Positions 1-9,114 of a stretch of DNA of 64,000 bases are shown here, in pieces. Origin of the DNA: a virus. Its lineage: Duplodnaviria; Caudoviricetes. Location of the stretch: the IMG/VR virus record IMGVR_UViG_3300024507_000285; one strand, 5' to 3'. The translations under genes and the position numbers were made by a program. How positions within the stretch are numbered: the stretch's first letter is position 1; each line of letters starts with the position of its first letter. A model generated the notes under the pieces. That model had not been told where the DNA came from. It saw only the letters and a list, made by a program, of their open reading frames with translations, and did not search any database.

Positions 1-1
1 A

Positions 2-457
2 ACAGAAGAAATTGTTGATATAATAGCAAGTTCTAAATATGACGAACACGACTCGTGTAATATTAAGTGTAAATCGCATATTGATGATGGGTATAAACGT
101 GGAAAAGAAATTTTTGTCGATAGTGCTGGTAACGTTATGCCTTGTTGTTATATTGGAACACATTTAAATGGAATTTATTCTGATCCTCCAAGTATGCAAC
201 TTGTTCGTAATTTAAATAATTATGGACCAGAAAAACTTAATTTAAATAACCATTCTTTAGAAGAAATTTTATCAGCGGAGCATTTAGATAGATTATATGC
301 AGACACATGGGATAAAACAACAAAAGAAGGAAAACTTGTTTATTGTTCTAAAACCTGCGGAACATTTTCATCTATAGATAAAATTTTTACACATGAAATT
401 GTTTTAAAAAATAGAAAAAAAAGATATTTAGAATCACAAAAACCAAATGAAAGTTGA
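2..457 (+). CDS. Radical SAM protein, C-terminal SPASM/twitch domain (partial, 5' truncated)
   Basis: Frame open from nt 2 (TEEIVDII...); C-x3-C then EIFVDSAGNVMPCC, typical SPASM IxxDGxVxPCC motif, and a distal C-x2-C (CSKTC). Confidence 0.7.
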   Translation, partial: TEEIVDIIASSKYDEHDSCNIKCKSHIDDGYKRGKEIFVDSAGNVMPCCYIGTHLNGIYSDPPSMQLVRNLNNYGPEKLNLNNHSLEEILSAEHLDRLYADTWDKTTKEGKLVYCSKTCGTFSSIDKIFTHEIVLKNRKKRYLESQKPNES

Positions 458-2018
458 TGTATTATACTCCGGACAATTAAGATATGCTGAGGCATGTTCT
501 CGACAAAAAGAATTTTTTAAAAATACTGAGTGTCGAAATGTTTTTAGTTTATTAGACATCGTACAAGATTCTCATGCAAAAATGGCATTACGATCTTCCT
601 ACATGTTTGATGCTGACAAAGATTTTCGATATGCTTTAAATTATATTACAGAACAATTGAATCCAGAGGTCACTGCTGTATATTCAAAATATCAAATTTC
701 TGAATGGTTTCAAAATGCATATGGGGAAATAGATACCTATAAAGTCTATTATATTCAACACTTATATACATTCATCGAAGGATTAAAACAAACTAAAAAT
801 GATGTTGTTGTTTCAATAACAACAGATTTAATATTAGAAGGAGATTTAAATTCTTTTCTTATTGGAGTAGATTTAGAAACTCCTCAGGTTTATTGTCATT
901 ATAAAAATTTATTAATTCCGCATGTTATTATTTTAAACAATAAGGCAAGAGAAATAATTCTTAATAAAAGCAGTGAGTTTTTATCTACATTTTTTACAAC
1001 AAATCCTCCAGAAACTTGGTTCAAGGCTGAAACACTTTGGGAAAAACTTTTTGAATATTGTGGAATAAAAATTAAAATATTAAAGACAATACATCAATGT
1101 AAGGTAAGACCCACAATGGTTATTACAGATTTAAAAAAATCTATTAATCAATTGAGTATTATGTTTGAAAATTGGAGAAAGTATAAAGATACCGCAAGTA
1201 AACAATCTAAATTTAAATTTGATAAAAAATTAATATCAAGGATTGTTGCTTATGGATGTAGTTATACAGCAGGAGATGAATTTTTAGATACTTTATATCG
1301 AGCCGATGCGGAAGAAATTAAAAAACGAAACATTAGAGAATGGTTTGATCTTAAAGTTAATTTTGATAAAAATTTAATTGCAACCATTAATGAAAAACAA
1401 AGAAATATGGCTTGGCCTGCAATCTTAGCAAATAGATTATCGATGTTAATTGATAATAGAGCTAAAGCAGGAAATTCATTAGCAAATATAGTTTGGCAAA
1501 TTGAAAAAGATTTTGCCAACGGAGATATTACTGAAAAAGATTTAATAATTGTTGGATTAACATCATACGAAAGAAATATATATTTTTCACATAAAGAACC
1601 AGTTTCGGTTCTGATGCATATGAGAGAAAATTTTCCAAAACAATTTCAAAAGTATCAAGGACCAATTGCGGATTTTAATAATTCTATGTTTATGTATTAT
1701 TTTTATTACTTGTGTCTTTCACGACTAATACAATTATCATCAAACCATTTAAAAGGAAGATTGTTAATTGTTCCGTGTATTAACGACGACAATTATAAAA
1801 ATTTTGATCCTGTGTTAGAAAAATACTTTCAAACAGATATTTTAAATTTTAGAGATGAATGTTTAAACAGCGAGTATTTTATTACTGATAAAAATCTTTA
1901 TGATTTTGTTGAACTGCAAGAGGATGATATTCATGCTGGTGGCCATCCAAAACAAATCGTGCATGAAAGATTTGTTGACCACTTACTAGAGATTTTTCCA
2001 ACTAAAGAAATTTCTTAG
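447..2018 (+). CDS. Two-domain protein: unknown (possibly glycosyltransferase-like) N-domain + SGNH/GDSL-like C-domain
   Basis: C-half has AYGCSYTAG (block I), WPAILA, NRAKAGNS (block II) and terminal GGHP; very AT-rich. Confidence 0.5.
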   Translation: MKVDVLYSGQLRYAEACSRQKEFFKNTECRNVFSLLDIVQDSHAKMALRSSYMFDADKDFRYALNYITEQLNPEVTAVYSKYQISEWFQNAYGEIDTYKVYYIQHLYTFIEGLKQTKNDVVVSITTDLILEGDLNSFLIGVDLETPQVYCHYKNLLIPHVIILNNKAREIILNKSSEFLSTFFTTNPPETWFKAETLWEKLFEYCGIKIKILKTIHQCKVRPTMVITDLKKSINQLSIMFENWRKYKDTASKQSKFKFDKKLISRIVAYGCSYTAGDEFLDTLYRADAEEIKKRNIREWFDLKVNFDKNLIATINEKQRNMAWPAILANRLSMLIDNRAKAGNSLANIVWQIEKDFANGDITEKDLIIVGLTSYERNIYFSHKEPVSVLMHMRENFPKQFQKYQGPIADFNNSMFMYYFYYLCLSRLIQLSSNHLKGRLLIVPCINDDNYKNFDPVLEKYFQTDILNFRDECLNSEYFITDKNLYDFVELQEDDIHAGGHPKQIVHERFVDHLLEIFPTKEIS

Positions 2019-2307
2019 TTTCGTCTGAAATGTCTTGTTTAAGACGTTCTACATCAACTTCAAAATCTATTTTTTTAATAGTGTCGTGATATTCTTGCAT
2101 TGTTTCTAATAGCTTATCGGCAACTTCTTCTGCATCAGAAACAGACAATAACTCTGCAACTTCTATTTTCCAAACTCTGCCATTATCAAATTCTAATTTA
2201 ATAGCATTAAGATAAGCGACCGGCATGGTGTTCATATACATATCCTCGAACACCTCCGGCCACTCTTTGATTAGATGCTTTGGTGGTTTAAAGAGACGCT
2301 TAGGCAC
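2002..2307 (-). CDS. Hypothetical protein
   Basis: 101-aa ORF overlapping the upstream gene end in an operon-like chain. Confidence 0.6.
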   Translation of the reverse strand: MPKRLFKPPKHLIKEWPEVFEDMYMNTMPVAYLNAIKLEFDNGRVWKIEVAELLSVSDAEEVADKLLETMQEYHDTIKKIDFEVDVERLKQDISDETKKFL

Positions 2308-2950
2308 TTGCTTCTTCTTTAGCCTTAGTAGTCTTTTTAACTGGTGGATCTAATTCATCTGCTTGTTTACGTAGTCTTGCAGCTTCTTTATACATAGCAT
2401 CTGCTTGACTGCGATAACTTTTAGCAAGGTCTTTATCAGTTAATGCTTCTGTAGTTGATGCTTGTGCTCTTACTGGAGCAGGAACATCTGGATCTACATT
2501 AGGAACAGCTTCTGATTTTTGTTGTTTCTTTTTAAAATCTTGATCTCTTGCTGGTGCGCCGGAAACAAGATTTGATAATTCGTCAACGGTGCAATTTTTT
2601 TGTTCTGCGATAAGAACATTTAATTCAGACAACACAATATTGGTGCTAGACGTTGGAGTCATAATAACCATATCAGTTGCAACTTTTTGTAATCTTCCGT
2701 CTGCTTGCATAGCTTGAAGCATAGGACGACCATCTGGAAACAATCGAGTATGCATGATTTCGCCAAACTCATTTACCTCTTGCCCCTGGTCGCTTTCAAG
2801 CAATCCCATCAGAGCATCGTGATAGGAATCAGTTAAGTTTGCTGTTCCTACTACAAGAGCTGATCCTGAATCGCCCGGTATTGTTCTAAATACGGTGATT
2901 ACTTTCGCTCCAGTATTTTTCATTCTTCCGATGTGCTTGATTTGTCTCAT
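2300..2950 (-). CDS. Hypothetical phage protein
   Basis: 216-aa ORF, globular N-half, low-complexity C-half. Confidence 0.7.
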   Translation of the reverse strand: MRQIKHIGRMKNTGAKVITVFRTIPGDSGSALVVGTANLTDSYHDALMGLLESDQGQEVNEFGEIMHTRLFPDGRPMLQAMQADGRLQKVATDMVIMTPTSSTNIVLSELNVLIAEQKNCTVDELSNLVSGAPARDQDFKKKQQKSEAVPNVDPDVPAPVRAQASTTEALTDKDLAKSYRSQADAMYKEAARLRKQADELDPPVKKTTKAKEEASA

Positions 2951-2952
2951 GA

Positions 2953-3183
2953 TTATTGTTCCTTTTTGCTAACAGAATCTAAAAATGTTGAAAGTCTATT
3001 ATAAACTTTACCAACTGCTTCTAGTTCGTTTGCTTTAAATGCTCCACGTTGGCTAGCAACGTCGATAATGCTTTTTAGTGCTGTAAGGTCACTAACGTTT
3101 AAATCTGCAGAGTTTGCGGCCGGAGCTTCTGGAGCAGAAGCAGCTGGAGCAGTAGTTTGCAAATCTTTGTTTTCTTCAGTCAT
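2953..3183 (-). CDS. Small hypothetical protein
   Basis: 76 aa, AAGGAG RBS upstream, tight spacing. Confidence 0.7.
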   Translation of the reverse strand: MTEENKDLQTTAPAASAPEAPAANSADLNVSDLTALKSIIDVASQRGAFKANELEAVGKVYNRLSTFLDSVSKKEQ

Positions 3184-3185
3184 TG

Positions 3186-3455
3186 TTATCTCCTTAATTT
3201 TGTACAGGCTAATGCAAAGAATGTCATTTCTTTTTCATCTTCAAATCCAACATACGTTGAAGTTTTTAGATTTCCGTTCTCATCAAAAGACGGTATTTGT
3301 TTAATACAATATCTTCCTTTTAATTTAGAACGAATCCAATCATCTAATTCGTTATTATAAACATCTCTTTCGCTTAATTTCATTTTTAAAAAATGTGGCG
3401 GAATCCTAGTAAGTTTTCTAGTGTTCAAAACGTCTAACGGATTAAGATCATTCAT
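3186..3455 (-). CDS. Small hypothetical protein (F-x-D/N-E-x-x-hydrophobic C-terminal motif family)
   Basis: 89 aa ending YVGFEDEKEMTFFALAC; TATAAATA 6 nt upstream of ATG. Confidence 0.65.
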   Translation of the reverse strand: MNDLNPLDVLNTRKLTRIPPHFLKMKLSERDVYNNELDDWIRSKLKGRYCIKQIPSFDENGNLKTSTYVGFEDEKEMTFFALACTKLRR

Positions 3456-3461
3456 ACGTGA

Positions 3462-3469
3462 TATTTATA
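3462..3469 (-). promoter_or_regulatory. T4-type late promoter TATAAATA
   Basis: Exact T4 late consensus in an intergenic gap, 6 nt before ATG at 3455. Confidence 0.7.
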
Positions 3470-3484
3470 GTAGTAGTTTATAAT

Positions 3485-3513
3485 ATTATACAGAATTGAA
3501 ATGAAAATTTCAA
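3485..3513 (-). promoter_or_regulatory. sigma70-type promoter TTGAAA-N17-TATAAT
   Basis: Hexamers at 3508-3513 and 3485-3490, 17-nt spacer. Confidence 0.5.
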
Positions 3514-3902
3514 TCTGCGTTTAATCGTTTGCTCATAGCTTTTGAATATCCCATTTTCATAACATCGCCGGAAAATAGATAAAGTTCAAATGCTGCTTTT
3601 TCGGATAACACCGATAACGTATGTTTTTCAAGATACCACGGGGCATGAATAAAGTTATCTAACCAAACTAGTATTTGGGGTGTTATTTTAATTTCTTTGG
3701 GAATTTTTATACTATAGGTCTTTATGTCTGCTTCTTCTTGAATAAATCTAAGACCTTCTTCTGTGAGGCGTAGTCCGCCTTCGTTTTTTGTGCGCAAGTT
3801 GTACCACCAACTTGTTTTTAATTGATCAAATGTGCGGTCGTCTACTTCTTTATTTGCCGCTTTCAAGAACACCGCAGTATAGGTATTCTTGGTATAAGTC
3901 AT
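3510..3902 (-). CDS. Hypothetical protein
   Basis: 130 aa, ATGA-coupled to upstream gene. Confidence 0.7.
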   Translation of the reverse strand: MTYTKNTYTAVFLKAANKEVDDRTFDQLKTSWWYNLRTKNEGGLRLTEEGLRFIQEEADIKTYSIKIPKEIKITPQILVWLDNFIHAPWYLEKHTLSVLSEKAAFELYLFSGDVMKMGYSKAMSKRLNAD

Positions 3903-4183
3903 TTTATCGGTTCACCTTGTGTTAATTTATATACTGCAAAATCTGTTGTTTTAAAAAGTTTGTTTAATTTTTTTGCTAGATTGTGTGCATGGCCTGGATT
4001 TGAAAAACTAACCTTTTTGTATTTTGGTCCAGGATAGCTAGCCAACAGGCTTCCGCTCTTTAAATTAAAAGGCTGGCCTTTGTAGAATACTGCCCATATA
4101 GCTTCACTTTCAAGAATCTGTTCAACCTTGTAGTTTTCTTTATTGGCATATTCGAGTATTATCTTCGGTTTTGGTCTACTCAT
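3899..4183 (-). CDS. Hypothetical basic protein
   Basis: 94 aa, late-promoter-like GATAAATA upstream. Confidence 0.7.
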   Translation of the reverse strand: MSRPKPKIILEYANKENYKVEQILESEAIWAVFYKGQPFNLKSGSLLASYPGPKYKKVSFSNPGHAHNLAKKLNKLFKTTDFAVYKLTQGEPIK

Positions 4184-4213
4184 TATATACGTGTTCCTAA
4201 TTAACCACGTATA

Positions 4214-4221
4214 TATTTATC
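4214..4221 (-). promoter_or_regulatory. Late-promoter-like GATAAATA
   Basis: TAAATA core in intergenic gap upstream of 4183. Confidence 0.5.
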
Positions 4222-4225
4222 ACCT

Positions 4226-4474
4226 TTAGAACGTTCCGCCGTCAAACTTTACATCGATTTGAGTGGTTGATTCTTTAATTTCTTTCAATAAATCGCGAAT
4301 TTCGGCAACCGTAGAACCTAATTTAGTCGTTATAATAGCTAGTTCTTGTACTAGCTCTTTTCCTTCTTGAATAGATATACGTATATCTTTCTGTTGACTT
4401 TTTTCTGCTACATTTAATCGTTGAATAAGCCTTTCAACACTAGGTAATTTATCTGGTATATTATTTGCTGACAT
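4226..4474 (-). CDS. Hypothetical helical protein
   Basis: 82-aa ORF in operon chain. Confidence 0.6.
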   Translation of the reverse strand: MSANNIPDKLPSVERLIQRLNVAEKSQQKDIRISIQEGKELVQELAIITTKLGSTVAEIRDLLKEIKESTTQIDVKFDGGTF

Positions 4475-4937
4475 TTGATAATACCTGTTTCATTTCCATT
4501 TCTGTTTTAAATGGACCTTTAAAATCATATCTTTGTAAAGTAATCATTTTTGGACAAAATGATTTTACCCAACCTTTATCGAAACGGATGACATAGTATC
4601 CGGCACAATATAAACTTTTACTATCTTTACTTTTTGTGAACAACGGTAGTTTACGTTTGATGTCGAACATAGCATTATGAGGTTCAACACTAGTTGAATA
4701 GCCATGAACTTCATTTGGTAATGAACCATTGGCTTCTTTAACAATTTTAGCAACAAAGAAATCTTTGCCAAATTGTTTCGTCAGGCTTTCTTTATTATCA
4801 TAAATTTTAATACCTGTTTCATTACTAAGTACAAATCGCTCGTCTTCAATCTTTCGAAGAGTTGCAAATTTTTCTCCGTCCTTTTCAACAATCCAAAATT
4901 TATCTTTAATGATTGGTTTAGCGTGTATCTCTGTCAT
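4461..4937 (-). CDS. Hypothetical protein (start moved to MTEIHAKP)
   Basis: GGAGA RBS precedes ATG at 4937; avoids overlap with RNase H. Confidence 0.65.
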   Translation of the reverse strand: MTEIHAKPIIKDKFWIVEKDGEKFATLRKIEDERFVLSNETGIKIYDNKESLTKQFGKDFFVAKIVKEANGSLPNEVHGYSTSVEPHNAMFDIKRKLPLFTKSKDSKSLYCAGYYVIRFDKGWVKSFCPKMITLQRYDFKGPFKTEMEMKQVLSNVSK

Positions 4938-4980
4938 GTGATTCTCCCAACATGTTGCTGACTTGTTTTCACAAGTATTT

Positions 4981-5991
4981 TCATACTGACAAAACTCTAG
5001 TTTCATCATAGTTGTATCTAGCATTTAATGGCTCCGCATAAGATTGTGCCTGCTCTGCAATTTTTTTCAAATCGTAGAGATGACAAAATTTCATTAATCT
5101 AATTCCAACTTGATTAACATTTTTGTTAGCAGTTGTAGCAGTATTAATTGTTTCTACAATAATTTTTTTAATTTCTTCTGGTTGATAAGACAAATCGATT
5201 AGTCGCCGATTTCTCTCATAGTCTTCCAAAACTCTGTGTTCTTTGCCTTCGTGGTCAGTCCATCTCTGAAGCATGAGATTGTTCCACGCAAATCCTTTGG
5301 TTTTACGATCTTCGAACGCTTCAGCAAGACCCACTTTTTTGCTTGTGCCTTTAGTACGCACACCTGGATACGCTGAGAAGACATTATCACTGGTATCACC
5401 ACGCATACATTTTTCAAATAGTTGCCATTCTGGATTGGGTGCTGCTTTAGCTTCTTTAGTTTTTTTGTCAACAATGGGCTTACCTTTGTCATCAAAATAC
5501 CCCTCATGTGTAATAGTCATTTCCATTACACCGTTATATTGTTTCACATTGGGTGCAATAAGTTGTGCAAAATCGGTATCTGTAGAAATAATAACATGGT
5601 TATCATCTGGATGATTTTGAATCCAGCCTGCAATTAAATCATCTGCTTCTAATTGCGGATGATGCATAACGGTGCAATTTGTTTTATCTTTAATGAATTC
5701 TTTAAAGGTATCAAATGCTTCCCAAAATAGTGTATCTTCTTCTTGTTCTTTTTCGCTGTGTGCCGCACGAGCTTCTGCACGATTTCTTTTGTAGGGGGCG
5801 TAAAAATCTTTGCGCCAGCTACGACCTTCTAAGCAGAAAATAACGTGACTGCCGTTAAACTGCTGCCAGGCTTTACGAATTGAATTTAAAGTTATATGAA
5901 AAGCCATGCCAAGTTTAATATCAGCATCGCCGTTGATCACATGCCGTGCGCGAAAAAAAGTATTCGCAGTATCAACTAAAATGTAGGTCAT
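4981..5991 (-). CDS. rnh: T4-like RNase H / 5'-3' exonuclease (FEN/PIN fold)
   Basis: ILVDTAN, LEADDLIA, IISTDTDF, GDTSDNV acidic motifs. Confidence 0.9.
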   Translation of the reverse strand: MTYILVDTANTFFRARHVINGDADIKLGMAFHITLNSIRKAWQQFNGSHVIFCLEGRSWRKDFYAPYKRNRAEARAAHSEKEQEEDTLFWEAFDTFKEFIKDKTNCTVMHHPQLEADDLIAGWIQNHPDDNHVIISTDTDFAQLIAPNVKQYNGVMEMTITHEGYFDDKGKPIVDKKTKEAKAAPNPEWQLFEKCMRGDTSDNVFSAYPGVRTKGTSKKVGLAEAFEDRKTKGFAWNNLMLQRWTDHEGKEHRVLEDYERNRRLIDLSYQPEEIKKIIVETINTATTANKNVNQVGIRLMKFCHLYDLKKIAEQAQSYAEPLNARYNYDETRVLSV

Positions 5992-6437
5992 TTATTATTT
6001 CTTTTTACACTCTGTATGTCCAAAGTCCCTGTTTGTAAAGGACCACCGTAATCACCGTCAACAACAACATTAGCACATAGTTCACGGAACCAACGATCGA
6101 CAATTTCTTCGTCCAAATCACCGTCAGCACCATAACCTTCTTGCTTTAATTGTAGCACAAAATGTTCATTCCAGTCAAGTTCAAAAAAACCGTTACGAAC
6201 ATTGTCTTTGTTTATATGTGTATTTAACACGCCTACCCATGGTTCTTTCTTTCGAGTAGCACGATCTTTTGGACTCAATTTAGCCAATTCTTGTTCTTGA
6301 GCAATTTCTTTTAGGCTATTTTCGGCTTCTTCTTTTAATTTGTTAGCCTGTTCAAGTGCTAATCTTGCTTCTTCAATGTTGGCTTCGATTTTATCTAAAC
6401 CAAATAATTTTTTAATAAATTTCATTAAGTTCCCCAC
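5988..6437 (-). CDS. Hypothetical protein
   Basis: 149 aa, coiled-coil N-half, ATGA coupling. Confidence 0.7.
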   Translation of the reverse strand: MGNLMKFIKKLFGLDKIEANIEEARLALEQANKLKEEAENSLKEIAQEQELAKLSPKDRATRKKEPWVGVLNTHINKDNVRNGFFELDWNEHFVLQLKQEGYGADGDLDEEIVDRWFRELCANVVVDGDYGGPLQTGTLDIQSVKRNNK

Positions 6438-7288
6438 TCATTTTTAAATAATGGTACTTGTAGTCTATCACTATAGCGCAAGCCATTTTTCATCGCTAGT
6501 TCAGCGACCCTACGATTATTAAGAGTATAAACAGACTCCACCCCACCAACTGGCATAAGATATACGGGTCCTGTAAACCCTTCGGCTCTGTAAATGTCTG
6601 CTGTTTCAATTGCTTCTTCTGCATCTTCTTCTGTCGCTACTACAAACTTAAGGTAAGTGTAGCCAACCTCCTCATATTCACATACAATGTCTGGACGAAT
6701 AGCTTCACTGCGTTCTTCACCGGAACAACTTAGTTTAGCACTTACACTAAATGTAATTTCTTTATTATATTCTGGATGCGGCATCAACCATTCGATAGAA
6801 AGAAATTCTTTAAACTCTGGCGTTAGTTTTTGAGTACCATTAGTTTCAAAGGTAATCTCTTTTAAACCAGCCATCTTAGGATGGCGCAACAGATCTGGAT
6901 AAGCACGTTGCCAACCTAGTAACGGCTCGCCGCCTGTAATGACCAAGTGTTCGTCCTGCCACTGATTAAATGGAAGGATTTCGCAGATACGTTCTGCAAT
7001 ACCATCTGTTGTAAGCATAGGACTAAGATCTTTAAAACGAGGATCCCAACTAGCGTAACTATCACAGCCTGTGCTAACAAGCGGAAGTTCTTCGTATTTT
7101 GTATAAGGTTTTCTTTCGTGCTGGATAGCAATATCTTCAACTTCTGCACTTAGTTCGCCCTTTGGCATACCAAAGCCTGCACATTTAAAGTTACAACCAA
7201 ATGTACGTAAGAAAACAGAAGGCACACCCATAAAGCGTCCTTCACCTTGAATGCTATAAAATAGCTCTGCGATTTTAATTTTGCTCAT
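6425..7288 (-). CDS. queE: 7-carboxy-7-deazaguanine synthase (radical SAM)
   Basis: ELFYSIQGEG, VFLRTFGCNFKC...GCDS, ITGGEPLL, FETNGT, SAK, YLMP, RLQV. Confidence 0.9.
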   Translation of the reverse strand: MSKIKIAELFYSIQGEGRFMGVPSVFLRTFGCNFKCAGFGMPKGELSAEVEDIAIQHERKPYTKYEELPLVSTGCDSYASWDPRFKDLSPMLTTDGIAERICEILPFNQWQDEHLVITGGEPLLGWQRAYPDLLRHPKMAGLKEITFETNGTQKLTPEFKEFLSIEWLMPHPEYNKEITFSVSAKLSCSGEERSEAIRPDIVCEYEEVGYTYLKFVVATEEDAEEAIETADIYRAEGFTGPVYLMPVGGVESVYTLNNRRVAELAMKNGLRYSDRLQVPLFKNEWGT

Positions 7289-7466
7289 TGTTTATTATAC
7301 CTTTATATATGAAATTTGTCAAGTCCTCTTTGACCAAACTCCATGTTCCGTCTTTATTATCAATCCAATTTATAGTATCGCCTTCTTTCCAACCCATCTC
7401 ATTTAGTAAATCTTGAGGCAATGGTAATATTCCATCTTCGTTAATCGTTAATGTCCAACTTTTCAA
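7275..7466 (-). CDS. AbrB/MazE/SpoVT-like small DNA-binding protein
   Basis: DGILPLPQDLLNEMGWKEGDTINW matches AbrB G-x-I-x-L-P...L-G-W-x-x-G-D pattern. Confidence 0.7.
   Translation of the reverse strand: MKSWTLTINEDGILPLPQDLLNEMGWKEGDTINWIDNKDGTWSLVKEDLTNFIYKGIINNEQN
7294..7322 (-). promoter_or_regulatory. Consensus sigma70 promoter TTGACA-N17-TATAAT for queE
   Basis: Perfect hexamers at 7317-7322 and 7294-7299; ATG 5 nt downstream. Confidence 0.75.
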
Positions 7467-7959
7467 CTTTTACTCCGGATTTTTCAAGAAATTTAATTCC
7501 ATCATCATTACGATAAGATTCGCGATAGAAAACACTATTAATCCCGCTTTGATAAATGAGTTTGGCACAATCAAGGCAAGGACTATGAGTAACAAACATA
7601 GTAGCATTCGCACCAGACTCAGTACTTTTAGCCAATTTGGCAATTGCATTTGTTTCTGCATGTAATACCTCGGGTTTAGTTTTTAATCCAAAATGAACGT
7701 TACATCCTGCTTCTTCATTCCATTCTTCGTATGGATATTTAGAAAGAAATTCGTCGGGACTCAGCCATCCGCCTGCTCCGGTGTCATAATCTCTATATTC
7801 GCAGTTATTTTCCCAACCAGCCGGCATACCATTATAGCCAATACTGATAATTCTATCATCTTTGACTACAATAGCACCAACATGTAATCTTTGTGCATGA
7901 CTAAGCTCGGAGAATAATTGAGCGGCCTTCATGTATGCGCTCTTCATTTTTTCTTTCAT
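7441..7959 (-). CDS. dCMP deaminase (ComEB-like)
   Basis: VGAIVV, GYNG, HAE, PCLDC zinc motifs. Confidence 0.92.
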   Translation of the reverse strand: MKEKMKSAYMKAAQLFSELSHAQRLHVGAIVVKDDRIISIGYNGMPAGWENNCEYRDYDTGAGGWLSPDEFLSKYPYEEWNEEAGCNVHFGLKTKPEVLHAETNAIAKLAKSTESGANATMFVTHSPCLDCAKLIYQSGINSVFYRESYRNDDGIKFLEKSGVKVEKLDIND

Positions 7960-8152
7960 TTCTATCCCTTTGTTCTTGCTTCCAATGATCGTATCTTAAT
8001 TTTCTACACGCATCTCGAACTTCTGCAGGAATATCTGGATGCCATTCGGCCATGCCGCAGTCGTATACTCGTTGTCGAGGAAAATCTAATAATACAAGAA
8101 TTCCAAGGCCAACTATTATTATTAATGCTGCAACAATTTTATCAAATTTCAT
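7901..8152 (-). CDS. Small membrane-anchored protein
   Basis: N-terminal hydrophobic helix; YDC...HPD...C pair. Confidence 0.55.
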   Translation of the reverse strand: MKFDKIVAALIIIVGLGILVLLDFPRQRVYDCGMAEWHPDIPAEVRDACRKLRYDHWKQEQRDRNERKNEERIHEGRSIILRA

Positions 8153-8343
8153 AAAGCGTGACTTACTAAAATTTTACACATTAGAGCATCGTGTTCATTT
8201 TTAAAAAAGAATTTCATACATTCTTCGCTTACTTCTGTTGTGTATCGACCGCCGGGTAGTCCAAAGTGTTCGAGAACACTAGCACAGGTTCCACTCCACC
8301 AAACATCACCTTGATTACGCCACGGTATAGTAATAACATTCAT
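8149..8343 (-). CDS. Small hypothetical protein (FKNEHDALM motif family)
   Basis: 64 aa, ATGA coupling. Confidence 0.6.
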   Translation of the reverse strand: MNVITIPWRNQGDVWWSGTCASVLEHFGLPGGRYTTEVSEECMKFFFKNEHDALMCKILVSHAL

Positions 8344-8534
8344 TCTGGTAATGGATTAAATCGTTGAAGAAAACTTTCAATGTAACAACTCCATTCCTGA
8401 CATTCTGCTATATTAGGATTGCAGTTATCTAATCGATAATACACCCAAGTATGATCATCGATTTCGGTTACACTAATAACACGAAATTTTTTTCTATCAT
8501 TATAGGTACCCCAAAGTGTTCCTGCTTTAACCAT
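8340..8534 (-). CDS. Small hypothetical protein (SH3-like beta-barrel possible)
   Basis: 64 aa ending SFLQRFNP. Confidence 0.55.
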   Translation of the reverse strand: MVKAGTLWGTYNDRKKFRVISVTEIDDHTWVYYRLDNCNPNIAECQEWSCYIESFLQRFNPLPE

Positions 8535-9114
8535 ATTCTTTGTTCCTTAAAAATTGTGACAGCAATTCAAAAATAACTTTATTTCCTTTTTCAGTATAAT
8601 GATTAATTAAACCTCTTTCCGAACTCCAAAGTCTACTAAAATCAAAATGATTTTTTTCTATTGATAGTTTTTTTAAAATTTCAATATGAGATAAACTTAT
8701 ATAAGGAATTGTTATTATACTATTAATTTCTTTTCTTAACAACCGATAAACATCTAATTGATACTCGTCGTCGTAGTGATATTTGAACCATCCTTGAGCA
8801 GTTTTTAAATTACCATCAAACAAAGAAAAATTTTCGTTTATGTCGGTTAAAATTAAATCACAATCTTTATGAAATCCAGTTTTATGAATTGGATGATTTG
8901 GAGTATGTATTCTACTAGGACTGGTATGACTAACAATTATACAATCATACAGGTGTTGGTTAATAGTTTCAATTTGTTTATATATTTTGTATTCGCCTAC
9001 GCCAGCTTGAGCTACATTTGTAACTTCGTGTTCTTTAGCCAATAAATCAACCCAACCAATAGAGGCATTTGGCCACTTAGCGGCAAAACTATCACCGGCA
9101 ATTAAAATTCTCAT
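8527..9114 (-). CDS. SGNH/GDSL hydrolase-like protein
   Basis: ILIAGDSF, WVDLL, NVAQAGVG, terminal NHYTEKGN. Confidence 0.7.
   Translation of the reverse strand: MRILIAGDSFAAKWPNASIGWVDLLAKEHEVTNVAQAGVGEYKIYKQIETINQHLYDCIIVSHTSPSRIHTPNHPIHKTGFHKDCDLILTDINENFSLFDGNLKTAQGWFKYHYDDEYQLDVYRLLRKEINSIITIPYISLSHIEILKKLSIEKNHFDFSRLWSSERGLINHYTEKGNKVIFELLSQFLRNKEYG

Noticed and set aside
3495-3514. ATTGAAA/TTTCAAT inverted repeat as terminator
   Set aside because: AT-only stem, no U-tract; better explained as part of the promoter region
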